Shown: in pieces, positions 62,927-64,000 of the stretch
How the letters are laid out: each line of letters opens with the position of its first letter
Position numbering within the stretch: position 1 is the stretch's first letter
DNA from: Octopus bimaculoides
Taxonomy: Eukaryota
Assembly: GCF_001194135.2 (NCBI RefSeq)
Contig: NC_068992.1
Span: 37,086,725-37,150,724 of the forward strand
Direction: 5' to 3'
DNA length: 64,000 nucleotides
The notes under the pieces: model-generated
The model's database searches: none
What the model was told of the DNA's origin: nothing
Seen by the model: the letters and a program-made list of their open reading frames with translations, nothing else
Translations under genes and position numbers: made by a program

Positions 62927-62998
62927 AATACATATATATATATATATATGTATATATATACATACATACATATATTGTGTATATGAATATATATGTAA

Positions 62999-63038
<40 letters not shown>

Positions 63039-63293
63039 GTATATATACGTATATATAGTGATATAAATATATAGTTATATGCACATATCCATACATATAT
63101 GTACAAACCTACATCTGTATATATACATACATGCATATATGGGTACAGGACATCATAAAAACGAAAACAGAAAACGAACTTTTTTCGAACAACGAAAAAT
63201 AAACAGAGAAACAAGACATGCAACATAAAAAGTATATCCTTTCATCATTTGACCTTGTCCACCTACTCCGCATGCATATATATGTATATATAT

Positions 63294-63295
<2 letters not shown>

Positions 63296-63340
<45 letters not shown>

Positions 63341-64000
63341 TTAACGTCCGCTTTCCAAGCTAGCATGGGTTGGACGATTTGACTGAGGACTGGTGAAACC
63401 AGATGGCTACACCAGGCTCCAATCTGATTTGGCAGAGTTTCTACAGCTGGATGCCCTTCGTGTCCAATGAGAGAGACGACGTTGGCATGGGTGCCAGATG
63501 TCAAATTTAACTCCATTTCAATTTCACTTGCCTCAACAGGTCTTCGCAAGTGGAGTTTAGTGTCCAATTTACTTGATTTCGATTTCACTTGAGACGACGT
63601 TGGCATAGGTGCCAGTCGTCGGATTTAACTCGATTTCGATTTCACTTGCCTCAACAGGTCTTTGCAAGTGGAGTTTAGTGTCCAATGAAGGAAGGTACGC
63701 ATAAGTGGACTGGTTGAGGCCTTAGATTTAGGTCTCACTTGGCTTGCCGGGTCTTCTCACGCACAGCATTTAGCAAAGTTTCTACAGCTGGATACCCTTC
63801 CTAATGCTAACCACTCAGAGAGTGTAGTGGGTGCTTTTACGTGCCATTGGCACGAAGGCCAGTCAGGCGGTACTGGCAACGGCCACGCTCAAAATGGTGT
63901 ATTTTATGTGCCACCCGCACAAGAACCAGTCTAAGGGCACTGGCAAGGATCTCGCTCGAAAGTCCTTACACATGCCGCGGGCACAAGTGCCAGAAAGGCG
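63296..64000 (-). mobile_element. RTE-related non-autonomous element (same family as 42539-43215) with internal ~110-bp duplication; runs off window
   Basis: (CAT)n-TTTAACGTCCGCTTTCC...; GAGACGACGTTGGCAT...GTTTAGTGTCCAAT occurs twice (~63473 and ~63591). Confidence 0.8.

Noticed and set aside
62750-63260. Two CTGATGA/ATGATGA-containing repeat pieces on the minus strand
   Set aside because: No matching stem II closure and GAAA partner found, so not called hammerheads.

Overview
AT-rich, microsatellite-dense eukaryotic genomic DNA with five N-gaps. The repeat landscape looks like Octopus/coleoid cephalopod (inference from memory of its repeat families, no database search). Nearly all recognisable sequence is decayed transposable elements: three Ty3/Gypsy elements (two with both LTRs and TSDs), a 3.2-kb hAT element with perfect TIRs and an 8-bp TSD, several mariner/Tc1 copies, REL-endonuclease (R4-like, NeSL/Hero-like) and RTE LINE fragments, many Penelope-like element (PLE) fragments, tRNA-derived SINEs and a probable non-autonomous Helitron. 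No intact TE ORF is present. A few isolated minus-strand exon candidates suggest the window is mostly intronic to an unidentified host gene. The most notable observation is a ~550-bp foldback element (34411-34961) made of two head-to-head units, each a tRNA-Ser-like Pol III head followed by a minimal hammerhead-ribozyme motif. Four further hammerhead-like motifs lie elsewhere in the window. Also notable are a composite hAT that appears to have moved with ~215 bp of foreign DNA, nested insertions that restore the target ORF, and a PBS-templated patch inside a 3' LTR. Most long ORFs in the supplied track are microsatellite or gap artefacts.
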